Source: Fidelibacterota bacterium | Lineage (GTDB): Bacteria > Fidelibacterota > UBA8477 > JABMPR01 | NCBI GenBank assembly: GCA_013202385.1 | Contig: JABMOT010000158.1 | Location: 1-62,151, forward strand | Length of the DNA: 62,151 nt | Direction of reading: 5' to 3' | Shown here: one piece after another, positions 8,847-18,600 of the stretch | Layout of the letters: each line of letters begins with the position of its first letter | How positions within the stretch are numbered: position 1 is the stretch's first letter | Notes under the pieces: model-generated | The model's database searches: none | Seen by the model: the letters and a program-made list of their open reading frames with translations, nothing else | What the model was told of the DNA's origin: nothing | Made by a program: the position numbers and the translations under genes

Positions 8847-9815
8847 ATGAAATATACCAATCTCGGAAGAAGCGGGCTAAAAGTCAGCAGATTATGCCTG
8901 GGCACCATGAATTTCGGCCCTCACACCACCGAAATAGATAGTTTCGCCATATTGGATCATGCACTCGATCAAGGACTGAACTTTATCGATACAGCAGATG
9001 TCTATGGCTGGAAAATTGGTGAGGGAATTACCGAAAAAATCATTGGTCGTTGGCTGGAACAAGGTGGGAGACGGGATAAAATCGTTCTGGCTACCAAGGT
9101 TTATGGCAGTATGGGGAAGGGCGTAAACGATCGCGGACTATCTGCCTATCATATCATACAGGCTTGTGACGCCAGTTTGAAACGTCTCAAGACTGACCAT
9201 ATTGATCTCTACCAAATGCATCACGTTGATCGATCCACGCCCTGGGATGAAATCTGGCAGGCTATGGAAGTTCTGGTCCAGCAGGGGAAAGTGCTCTATG
9301 TGGGTAGCAGTAATTTTGCTGCCATTGACATTGTTAAAGCCCAATATGAAGCCAAAAGTCGCCATTTTATGGGTCTGGTTTCTGAACAAAGTCTCTATAA
9401 TCTGAACACCAGGGCAATTGAACTGGAGCTGGTCCCAGCCTGTCTGGAATATGGCGTAGGGCTGATCCCCTGGAGTCCCCTTGGAGGTGGATTGCTGGGT
9501 GGCGTGCTTACTTCAACAGATACGCTCCGCCGCCAGGAGGATTCACGGAAAGAGCTTATCCAGAAACACCTTGATCAAATCCAACGCTATGAAAAGTATT
9601 GCGCTGAATTGTCCAAACCACCGGGACAAGTGGCTCTGGCCTGGCTTTTAAGTAGACCGGCTGTCACCGCACCTATTATTGGTCCCCGAACCATGGACCA
9701 ATTGACAGATGCGCTCCAGGCGCTAGAGGTTGAGCTCAGTGATGAAGATCAAAAAAGCCTGGATGCAATCTGGCCGGGTCCCGGTGGACATGCCCCTGAA
9801 GCCTATGCCTGGTAA
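8847..9815 (+). CDS. Aldo/keto reductase (Tas/YajO-like)
   Basis: 322 aa with an AGGAG RBS. AKR signatures: GLNFIDTADVYG, LKRLKTDHIDLYQMH, YVGSSNF, GLIPWSPLGGGLL. Confidence 0.9.
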   Translation: MKYTNLGRSGLKVSRLCLGTMNFGPHTTEIDSFAILDHALDQGLNFIDTADVYGWKIGEGITEKIIGRWLEQGGRRDKIVLATKVYGSMGKGVNDRGLSAYHIIQACDASLKRLKTDHIDLYQMHHVDRSTPWDEIWQAMEVLVQQGKVLYVGSSNFAAIDIVKAQYEAKSRHFMGLVSEQSLYNLNTRAIELELVPACLEYGVGLIPWSPLGGGLLGGVLTSTDTLRRQEDSRKELIQKHLDQIQRYEKYCAELSKPPGQVALAWLLSRPAVTAPIIGPRTMDQLTDALQALEVELSDEDQKSLDAIWPGPGGHAPEAYAW

Positions 9816-9956
9816 AAACATGCCTCCTTTTAATTAATAGAAACCCCCGTTAATGGGACCAAGTCCTCAATTATAGCTAAGAATGGGAGATGTCTCTGCT
9901 AAATTCATCTCTGAAACACATGGGAGGCGAATGACTATGGGCAGGGCAAAATATTC

Positions 9957-12146
9957 ATGATTAGATCTATTCTGAGTTTATTCATTCTGTTAAACATCGC
10001 CTGGTCTCAAGACCATTGGGAGACTGCTGTTTTCGCGGGGGATGACTGGCACTATTTTATTGGAAATCAAGAACCACCCAGTGACTGGATGACTATTCCA
10101 TTTGATGATTCTGTTTGGCTGGTTGGTCCTGGTGGAATCGGCTACGGTGATTCAGATGATGCCACAATCATTCCGAGCTGCTCAGCACTTTATCTGCGAA
10201 AATCTTTTCAGATCATAGACACCAATATTCTTGAAGCTGCTTTGCTCCATTTTGATTACGATGATGGTTTTATTGCGTATTTGAATGGCGCTGAGATTCA
10301 TCGTAGTCCCAATATGGGTAATCCAGGCAGCTTTGTCGGTCATAATGCCGGCACCAGTGCCGGGCATGAAGCCGTTGGTTATCAGGGACTTCCCATGGAA
10401 ATGCAAGTTATCGACGCATTACTTGTTCAAAATACGCTCCAAAACGGTGAAAATGTATTGGCCATTCAAGTTCAGAATACGTCGACCTCATCCAGTGATT
10501 TGACCGGGCTTTTCTGGCTTACTTTCGGTATATCAGACGCATCGAATCCCTTTAGTCCTGTCCCTGATTGGTTTATCGCACCCTTCTTGTTTACTTCATC
10601 CCTGCTTCCCATCATAATCATCGACACGCAGGGCCAATCCATCCCCAATGAGCCCAAGATTCATGCCTTTATGGGCGTTATTGATAATGGTCCGGGCCAG
10701 GCGAATCATCTGACGGATCCCTTTACGGGTTATGATGGTCACATTGGGATTGAAGTCCGGGGCGCTTCTTCTCAAATGTATGCCAAAAAGCAGTATGCCA
10801 TGGAAACCCGGGACAATCTTGGCGACGATTTGAAGGTTGAATTGTTAGGATTTCCCGAGGAGAGTGACTGGATTTTACACGCGCCCTACTCAGATAAAAC
10901 CCTGCTCAGAAACGCCCTTGTGTACACACTGGCACGTGAAACTGGAAACTATGCAAGTCGCACAAAATATTTTGAATTGGTGCTTAACGGAATCTATCAG
11001 GGTGTCTACGTCCTGATGGAAAAAATCAAGCGCGATAGTAACCGGATAGACATCGCCAAATTGGATCCAGATGAGATTGACGGCGATGATCTCACCGGTG
11101 GCTATATCATCAAAGTTGATAAATGGGCTGGTGTTGAAACAGATAGATGGTTTTCCGAACCTGGCCTGCCCGGTTATGGTGGGGTGTATTACCAATATCA
11201 CTATCCTAAATACGCGGATATCGCTGATGAGCAAATCGCTTACATTCAAAATTATATGAGCGACTTTGAGCGAATGTTTGCAGATGGATCCTATCTCGAT
11301 CCTGTGGAGGGCTATTACGACAAAATCGATTGGGATCAATTCTTGGATTATGCCATTATGCAGGAATTCGCAAAAAATGTGGATGGTTTTCGATTAAGCT
11401 CCTTTATTTATAAAGATAAAGACAGCAATGATGATCGCCTCCACACTGGGCCAGTCTGGGATTTTAATCTCGCTTTTGGGAATGCCAATTACTACGATGG
11501 TGGCAATCCGATCGGCTGGTATTTTGATACAGATTTCCAGGGCGACCCCTGGGCCATCCCCTTCTGGTGGTATCTGATCTGGGATGATGTTACCTTCAAA
11601 TCCGCCTTTAACATGCGTTGGCAGGAATTGCGGCAGAATGTTTTGAGCCAGGAACATATTATGACCCTGGTTGATTCCATGGTTGCCGAAATGGGAGCTG
11701 CCCGAGATCGCAATTTCGAAGTTTGGCCCGTGCTCAATGAGTGGGTCTGGCCCAATGCATATGTCGGTGGTACCTATGAGAATGAACTGAATTTTCTCAA
11801 AGATTGGATCACATCACGGCTGGATTGGATGGATACTCAAACCGGGTGGACCGATATCGAAGCACCTGAAAACTTCCAGGTGACACACGCTTTCCCAAAC
11901 CCCTTTAACCCTAACCAGACCTTGAGATTCAGAGTTGAATCCCCGGGACATCTCCAGGTTTCAATCATTAATATCCAGGGTCGTCAAATAAAGAGTTTAA
12001 TAACGAAAGCTGGCGAAAATGGAATGGTTGAATTGATTTGGGACGGAACCGATCAAAGGTCAAATGACCTGCCCAGCGGAGTTTACTTTATTGTTCCACA
12101 GACAGGCAGTATTCAACCCGTTTTTAAAGCGACGCTCCTTAGATAA
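9957..12146 (+). CDS. Secreted CotH-domain protein with an N-terminal jelly-roll-like module and a T9SS C-terminal sorting domain
   Basis: 729 aa with a signal peptide. CotH core: LLRNALVYTLARETGNYASRTKYFELVLNGIYQGVYVLMEKIKRD ... GPVWDFNLAFGN. CTD: FPNPFNPNQTLRFRVESPG...GVYFIV...KATLLR. The N-terminal module is paralogous to part of the 15642-19202 protein. Confidence 0.75.
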   Translation: MIRSILSLFILLNIAWSQDHWETAVFAGDDWHYFIGNQEPPSDWMTIPFDDSVWLVGPGGIGYGDSDDATIIPSCSALYLRKSFQIIDTNILEAALLHFDYDDGFIAYLNGAEIHRSPNMGNPGSFVGHNAGTSAGHEAVGYQGLPMEMQVIDALLVQNTLQNGENVLAIQVQNTSTSSSDLTGLFWLTFGISDASNPFSPVPDWFIAPFLFTSSLLPIIIIDTQGQSIPNEPKIHAFMGVIDNGPGQANHLTDPFTGYDGHIGIEVRGASSQMYAKKQYAMETRDNLGDDLKVELLGFPEESDWILHAPYSDKTLLRNALVYTLARETGNYASRTKYFELVLNGIYQGVYVLMEKIKRDSNRIDIAKLDPDEIDGDDLTGGYIIKVDKWAGVETDRWFSEPGLPGYGGVYYQYHYPKYADIADEQIAYIQNYMSDFERMFADGSYLDPVEGYYDKIDWDQFLDYAIMQEFAKNVDGFRLSSFIYKDKDSNDDRLHTGPVWDFNLAFGNANYYDGGNPIGWYFDTDFQGDPWAIPFWWYLIWDDVTFKSAFNMRWQELRQNVLSQEHIMTLVDSMVAEMGAARDRNFEVWPVLNEWVWPNAYVGGTYENELNFLKDWITSRLDWMDTQTGWTDIEAPENFQVTHAFPNPFNPNQTLRFRVESPGHLQVSIINIQGRQIKSLITKAGENGMVELIWDGTDQRSNDLPSGVYFIVPQTGSIQPVFKATLLR

Positions 12147-12192
12147 GCCTGCATCGATCATTTATTTTTACTTGAATAGTTAAATTGGGAAG

Positions 12193-14304
12193 TTGAAAAT
12201 GTCCAAGTTGAAAAACACTACTTTGCTGAAACTCGCCATTTTGTTTATCCTGCTGGGAATCAACAAACCAGCTGAAGCCTACTACACGACCCAGGGTCAG
12301 AATGTGATCAATCAGGAGACCGGTGAAATAGTTCAACTCAGAGGCATCGGGCTTGGGGGTTGGCTGCTCCCTGAAGGATACATGTGGGGAATACGAAAGC
12401 TAGATCGTCCGAGACAATTTGAAGCCGCCATCGAGGAACTGATTGGCCCAAGACAGGCGCAAAAATTCTGGGATGTCTATCATAAAAATTTTGTCACCCG
12501 GGAAGATGTAACCAATATGAAATCCTGGGGTGTGAATACCCTCAGAGTGCCTCTGCTTGCTTCCATGATCCAGCCGCGAGCTGGCCAACCTTCAACGCCA
12601 CCCTTTAGCTATGATGAACATAATTTTCAATTCCTGGATGACTTTGTGGATTGGTGTGAAGAAATAGGCATGGGTGTGATCTGGGATCTCCACGGAGCGC
12701 CTGGTGGCCAGAATGCGGAGAATATTTCAGATAGTGATGGTGAGGCTCGCCTGTGGACTCAAAAGAGCATATACTGGCCCCTGACCATAGATCTTTGGGA
12801 TACGATCACCAAAAGATATGCTGACAAAAAATGTATTGTTGGCTATGACCTTTTAAATGAACCCCTTTTGACCCGCTATCCTGATGTGGACCCAGGAATG
12901 CTCAGGGAGCTATACGTTCTCCTAACCCAAGTCATTCGGGAGACAGACAAAACTGGAATCATTTTTGTCGAAGGCGATGACTGGGCACAGGACTTCTCAC
13001 TACTTGAGCCATTGGATTGGGACGCGCATCTGGTTCTGGCTTTTCATTCCTATCCTCCCAGCAATAGTCAGAATGGGATTCAGCGCTGGGATAATCTGCG
13101 CCAAAAGTATGATATTCCATTATGGCATGGGGAGACTGGGGAGCAGGATCCACCCTGGGAATTATACAAAAGGTCTACCCGATTTTTAGCAGCAGCTAAT
13201 ATTGGTTGGAATTGGTGGACCCATAAAAAATTTGAGCTCAGTCGTCAGCCCTGGAGTATTCACAGGACAGCGGGGTTTGAAAAGATTCTGGATTATTGGA
13301 ATGGCAGTGGTAAGAAACCATCCAAATGGCAGGCCAGAAGATGGCTTTTCAAGCAAGCCCGCATGACCAATTCTGTCAATTGTGAAATTTTGCCTGACAT
13401 GGTGGCATCCCTCCATCCTCTGGATCCATCAGCCTATGTCCAGACCCTGGAAATCAAAGCCCCTGTAATTATTCGACAACCAGAAGATCAACTAGTTGAG
13501 CTTGGGTATAGTGCTGTATTACGCGCAAAGATATCTGGCTACCCCCTAGAGTATCAATGGTATAGAGATAATACTTCAATAAGTGGTGCAACTAGTTATG
13601 AGTTGTATTTGCATAATTTTGCAGCAGCTAACATCCCTGGAATTTATAATGTCACTGCCTCGAATACCAAGGGCACTGTGAAAAGTATATCCGTCCAGGT
13701 AACGACTAAACCGTTTGCTGGAATCACACTCAACCAAAGCCAGGAGGGACCCCTTGTCGATGGTGAAATGGATGCAGTCTGGGAATCTGTTCCCCGCTTA
13801 AATCTGGAGCATGTCATAACCGGGTCTGTGTCATCTGATTCTGATTTAAGTGCTTGGTCATCATTGATATTTGATACAGAAAACCTCTATTTTTTCGTGA
13901 GGGTCTTTGATGATAGCCTCAGTACAAACTCGGCCGTGGATCATATGAAAGATGGCATCGAACTCTATCTGGACACTGATAACAGCAAATCCCCATTTTA
14001 TGGGAAGGATGAATTCCAACTCCGCTATATTCTGGATGAGGCTGTAATGACATCAAGCATTGGACCAATCATCAGCGGTGTTCAAGTCCGGCAAAAACGT
14101 CTGGCCGACGGATATCAGATGGAATTGGCCATCCCCTGGAACAGCATTGATCCGCTTGGAGAAACCCATGAATATCTCGGTTTGGATATTCACGTGAACG
14201 ACAATGATGGCACTACAAGGAATGCCAAACTGGCCTGGTGGGGAACCCGAGACAACGCCTATCAATCGCCTTCCCGATTTGGGACAGTTAGGCTGAGTGA
14301 GTAG
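12193..14304 (+). CDS. GH5 beta-glucanase + Ig-like (I-set type) domain + CBM9-like domain
   Basis: 703 aa. TTG at 12193; an in-frame ATG lies at 12199. Signal peptide. GH5 motifs: WGVNTLRVP, HGAPGGQN, acid/base DLLNEP, nucleophile HGETGE. Ig-like segment: IIRQPEDQ...YQWYRDN...YNVTASN. CBM9-like segment: LYFFVRVFDDS...GIELYLDTD...MELAIPW...DIHVNDND. There is no T9SS CTD. It is a paralogue of 54421-56382. Confidence 0.8.
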   Translation: MKMSKLKNTTLLKLAILFILLGINKPAEAYYTTQGQNVINQETGEIVQLRGIGLGGWLLPEGYMWGIRKLDRPRQFEAAIEELIGPRQAQKFWDVYHKNFVTREDVTNMKSWGVNTLRVPLLASMIQPRAGQPSTPPFSYDEHNFQFLDDFVDWCEEIGMGVIWDLHGAPGGQNAENISDSDGEARLWTQKSIYWPLTIDLWDTITKRYADKKCIVGYDLLNEPLLTRYPDVDPGMLRELYVLLTQVIRETDKTGIIFVEGDDWAQDFSLLEPLDWDAHLVLAFHSYPPSNSQNGIQRWDNLRQKYDIPLWHGETGEQDPPWELYKRSTRFLAAANIGWNWWTHKKFELSRQPWSIHRTAGFEKILDYWNGSGKKPSKWQARRWLFKQARMTNSVNCEILPDMVASLHPLDPSAYVQTLEIKAPVIIRQPEDQLVELGYSAVLRAKISGYPLEYQWYRDNTSISGATSYELYLHNFAAANIPGIYNVTASNTKGTVKSISVQVTTKPFAGITLNQSQEGPLVDGEMDAVWESVPRLNLEHVITGSVSSDSDLSAWSSLIFDTENLYFFVRVFDDSLSTNSAVDHMKDGIELYLDTDNSKSPFYGKDEFQLRYILDEAVMTSSIGPIISGVQVRQKRLADGYQMELAIPWNSIDPLGETHEYLGLDIHVNDNDGTTRNAKLAWWGTRDNAYQSPSRFGTVRLSE

Positions 14305-14315
14305 GAATTAGTAAA

Positions 14316-14350
14316 GTTTGGAGGTTTGGAGGTTTGGAAGAAGTTGGAAG
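14316..14350. repeat. Short tandem repeat (GTTTGGAG x3, then degenerate copies)
   Basis: GTTTGGAG GTTTGGAG GTTTGGAA GAAGTTGGAAG, starting 12 nt after the GH5 stop codon. Confidence 0.6.
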
Positions 14351-14410
14351 ATTCGCTGCCTTTGGTAATCCAGGTTTCCAGTGTCAGCCATAGTTTGACA
14401 AGACGTGTCA

Positions 14411-14579
14411 AAAGTCGCTTTTCCGATGGGTTCAGCAGGGGCGGATACAAAAATCTCTGCGTGCTCTGCGCTCTCTGCGGTTAGCAAAGTTAAAAGTCTG
14501 AAAGTCTCTTTTTCGATGGGTTCAGCGGGGGTGCATACAAAAATCTCTGTGTGCTCTGCGCTCTGCGGTTAGCAAAGTT
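14411..14579. repeat. Two ~80-bp imperfect direct repeats (period 90 bp) in a convergent intergenic region
   Basis: Copy 1 is 14411-14491 and copy 2 is 14501-14579. They share AAAGTC.CTTTT.CGATGGGTTCAGC.GGGG...ATACAAAAATCTCTG.GTGCTCTGCG(CT)CTCTGCGGTTAGCAAAGTT. My hand alignment gives about 6 mismatches plus one 2-nt indel. Confidence 0.8.
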
Positions 14580-14592
14580 CAATCTTAAATAT

Positions 14593-15633
14593 TCAATTCT
14601 GAATCAGTGCCGAGAGCAACTCGTTCCACTCTCCATTCCCAAGATCATAAGCACCAAATCCTGATGCAAACTCCCAATAACTCCAACTAAAACCAAGGTC
14701 TTCACTGAGGGTGACTACACTCCGGGTCCAAATGACTCTCGAAGTCATATCAGCCCTGCGATAGGCTCCAAACTCGCCAATATTGATGGCTCGGTTATGA
14801 TCTAGAGACCAGGATTTGATCCGTTGGAAATCGTATTGAAGAGCACTGAAATCCCCTGCTTGAGTGCCCCAGAGAGTTCCTAGCCAGGCATCTGCGCCTT
14901 CTGACCATTCAGCACCCTGATGAGTGAAGTGGAAAGGATTATAATAATGTACAGTGACGATAAGATTTGAATCTTCAGGGAGCTCGAGATTTTCAAGTCC
15001 ATCGATACCTCCCCAGGGAGCTGTTCCTACCATCAGAGTTCTGGTGCTGTCAAAAACGCGTATCGTGTCAATGATTTGTAGTAGATAGTTATTCCACAAA
15101 TCTGAGCTAAAGGCTTCATTGGGTTCGTTAAAAAGTTCCAGAATCAGGTTATCAGAACGATCCACAAAATGGCTTGCTAATTGCCCCCAGATTCCAAGAA
15201 GTCGTGGAAGATGCTCAGTAGGTGCGGTCATCATCTCCACATAATGATGAGTATTTACCACAATGGCCAGATTCTGTTGAAAGGCCTGATCAATCGCCCA
15301 ATCTACCCGGGCCAGAAAAGCAGGATCGAGGGCATACGGGGCAACAGTGTCTGCATGAGCAGACCAGCGAACTGGCAGGCGTATTCCAGTGAATCCTGCC
15401 TTGGCGATGATGGAAAAATATTCTGCTTGTAAACTTAGACCCCATTCACCCTCTGCAGGGGCTTCGAGCATATTTCCCAGGTTTATAGATCGGGTCAGCT
15501 TGCTGTTTTGAAAAAAGGGATCCGTTTCCGGTACAAAAGAAGCTGGTTTTTGAGAGGCAAGGGGTTTATCACAGCCACAAAAGGTGAGCATCAGAACTAT
15601 GGGAAATAACAGTGGCAGGCAAATATATTTCAT
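14593..15633 (-). CDS. GH5 endoglucanase-type lipoprotein
   Basis: 346 aa. Lipobox LTFCGC. GH5 motifs: INLGNMLEAP, GIRLPVRW, acid/base ELFNEPN, VHYYNPFHFTHQG, nucleophile IGEFGAY. Last gene of the minus-strand operon. Confidence 0.85.
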   Translation of the reverse strand: MKYICLPLLFPIVLMLTFCGCDKPLASQKPASFVPETDPFFQNSKLTRSINLGNMLEAPAEGEWGLSLQAEYFSIIAKAGFTGIRLPVRWSAHADTVAPYALDPAFLARVDWAIDQAFQQNLAIVVNTHHYVEMMTAPTEHLPRLLGIWGQLASHFVDRSDNLILELFNEPNEAFSSDLWNNYLLQIIDTIRVFDSTRTLMVGTAPWGGIDGLENLELPEDSNLIVTVHYYNPFHFTHQGAEWSEGADAWLGTLWGTQAGDFSALQYDFQRIKSWSLDHNRAINIGEFGAYRRADMTSRVIWTRSVVTLSEDLGFSWSYWEFASGFGAYDLGNGEWNELLSALIQN

Positions 15634-15641
15634 GGTAAGTG

Positions 15642-18600
15642 CTACCGTAATAAAGCGATTTTCATACTATTCGATAGCGCAGATTGGGAAACTCTGACGA
15701 TATACATCCCCGATGCACAGTCCCTCCCCATATTCGTTTTTCCGTCCCATACAAAGGTGTATTGGCCAGCTGCGACTGCAGGAATAAAACTATCTCTAAC
15801 CAGTGCTCCGCGTAGATCAAAAATCTGAATTCTGGATTCAACATTTAAATGAAGGCCAAGGGAAATTGAGATTTGGGCATTAAACGGATTTGGATATGCG
15901 CGCTGAATTTTCAGCACGGTGGGGTTTTCAGCCTCAATAGCGCTCGCAGGATCCAGATAACGACTATTTTGGCCTCCAGGTGTACCAACACCCTCGCTTG
16001 CCGCCCAACTCTCACTGAGGCCGTTGTCTAGTGATGGATGAACCAATTCCAGAGTAGCACCTGAACCATCTGCCAGAGCTGGCCAGGGTGCTTCGTCATC
16101 GTAACTCAGACTATCTACCAGATTGCCAAGCGGATCAAAAATTCTGACTAACTCTCCAGCATTGCTAAAGTTGAACCCTAAATCGCCTACAATGCGAGGA
16201 GTCGATCCATGAACCAGCCGGAAAGCAAGGCTATCACTACTTACAACCAGAAAGCCATCTGGTTCAAGACTGACATTTCCTAGTTGAAACCGGTTATCAT
16301 CATTTGAGTCACTCAAATACCATCCGGTTAAATTGATAGGAACCGTTGTGGCATTGTATAATTCAAGCCAGTCTTTGGAATCTGATGCAGAGTCTGAATT
16401 ATAGTTAATTTCATTGATTACTATGCCTGCATTCCCACCGGGTAATGCAGTAAAGACGGCCGTAAGATTTAGAGGTGAAGACATATTCAGCACCAATAAT
16501 ACATCATCGGATGGCAGGTTCTCCCAGTGTGAGAATTCGTAGCCACTTGCGGAAATGGCTTCCACATCAAGGGGAACAAGGGGAAAATAATAGCCTGTCC
16601 AGGGAAGCTCTCGGGGGATAACTGAGTGCACCCTGATTACACCAGCGTTTTCAGGCTGCACCTGAATGGTAAGGGGTTGTTCCTGGGGCAAACCAAATTT
16701 ACTTCGCATGTGGGATCGCATGTAGGAGGGTCGTTGCTCCCCAAAGTTTTGCATGACTGCAAACTCATCGTACCAGTGGCTGAAATTATTGTGATTCCAA
16801 CGTGCGAAATGATCACTCATCCCGCTATAGATTGCACTTCGAGCTGAGGACAGTTTTTCGGTAACCCTGGCGGGTAAAAAATTCGTATTGAGCATGTCTG
16901 AAGCTTTTAGGATAAATTCATGCTTAAAGCTGACATTATTCAAGAATTTTCTCAGCAAAAGAGTCGACCAGGGGGGGTTGGGCCAGTCGGGACCATTGGG
17001 GTTTGTTGCGAAGGCCAGTGTATTATTTTGATAATTATTTGGACCCCAAATCCCGAAACCAAAATCGGTATCGTAAATAATCCAGCGCCAGCGACCGCTC
17101 GGTTCACGGGACTTCCAGAATTTAATATTATTCCCAGGCCAATCCTGATTATCAAAATAGATCTGCGCTATCTGATATTCGATAAAGTTTGTGAGGTCAA
17201 CTCTGTCTCTGACATATTCAAAATCAGTGTCAGAGTTTAGCGTATGTGAATTGACGAAGCTCAACAAATCCTGGTATTGACCATTGCTTCCATGCACAAC
17301 TGAACCGCCGAATTCCAGTAGATCAAGTTCGTCGGAGTCGATATCCCACAAACTTGCAAGCATATGTTCACTGATTTTTTCCCGTAGGTTATAGACTCCC
17401 CAATAGTCACCATTAAAGTAGACTTCTACAGGATGGTAGGCTTGTCGATCTATTGCTCTATCTGCAATCAGACTGTTCATGAAAACGTCACGGTAACCAG
17501 ATTCTTGCCAGTCATTCCCAGCATTACGAAGCACCAGAGATTGAAATTTATCATAGTCGCGCTCTGCAAAAAAGGGGTACTCGAATTCACTGACGCCATA
17601 GCTGCCTCGGGCAAATAAGGACAGAGAGCGTTGGGCATTACCACGACTCCACCCTCCAAATATTTTTACGCCACCTGGGGCGGAAAAACTTAAATCCTGG
17701 GCATCTTCAAAATATTCTATATGAAGGGGTTGTTCCCAATCTTCCCAAAAATTTGACCCAAAATAGGGGAAGTTTTGATCCGCGCCAGCTCCCATCACAT
17801 ATATCCCTGTATCATTGTCAAAAAAAGCGCCTGGATCAAACGTGAGGGACATGACAGACATTTCATGGGGTTCATCTATAAAATAGCTGAAAGTCGAGTA
17901 GTGGTGGTGGAGACCATCAGGACTGTTTACCCTGACTCGGAGAATACTGGTCTGGTTTAATACTATTGGACCTGAATAAAGCGACGAAGTGTTGTCAGGT
18001 CTGCTTCCATCGAGAGTGTAGTAATAAAGACTCCCGTCCGGGGGCACCACAAAATCTACGGCTCGACTTCCACTGTAAAATCCAGGTTCCAATGATGGTA
18101 CAGCGGCTATGGCCAGTTGTGCAAATCCACCAGAATTCTGGCTGCCTGGCGTAGGATTTAAAAAAAAATGATATGCTTCGCTACCGTCAGGTTCACAACC
18201 ATAGGATAGATCGGCGGTCAGTGCTGGACACACCAGACTGTCCACAAGAACACCCTCAGGGTTGCTGAGATAGATATGCTCCCCCGAACTGCTGAGTTTG
18301 AAATTTGTATGAATCTGCTGATCACCAGGGATAATGAGATATTCAGGCAAGGATTCCCCAGTTGATTCAAATTGTCCCAGAGATAGGAAAGGGAGCGCCG
18401 TTAAGTCAGATGAACTGCTACTCTGATTGTGAACTTGTATAGCTAGCACATTATAACCAGGAACCAAATCAGGGTCGTTAATCAGAATGGGGGATAAATC
18501 TATGTTTTGGGGTAACAGGGGTTCCGTATAGCTATCTGAAACTGCCTGGTAGGATTTGAAAGTTCCTGGAGCACCCATATTTTGCCGGGCAAACTCCACC

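Noticed and set aside
9857-9890. TGGGAG-N-TCTGC as a sigma-54 promoter upstream of the first CotH gene
   Set aside because: The GG-to-GC spacing is 11 nt rather than 10, and both elements are poor matches.
14316-14579. CRISPR array
   Set aside because: There are only two long repeat copies (~80 bp, far longer than CRISPR repeats), separated by about 10 bp rather than spacer-length sequence. No cas genes are present in the window.
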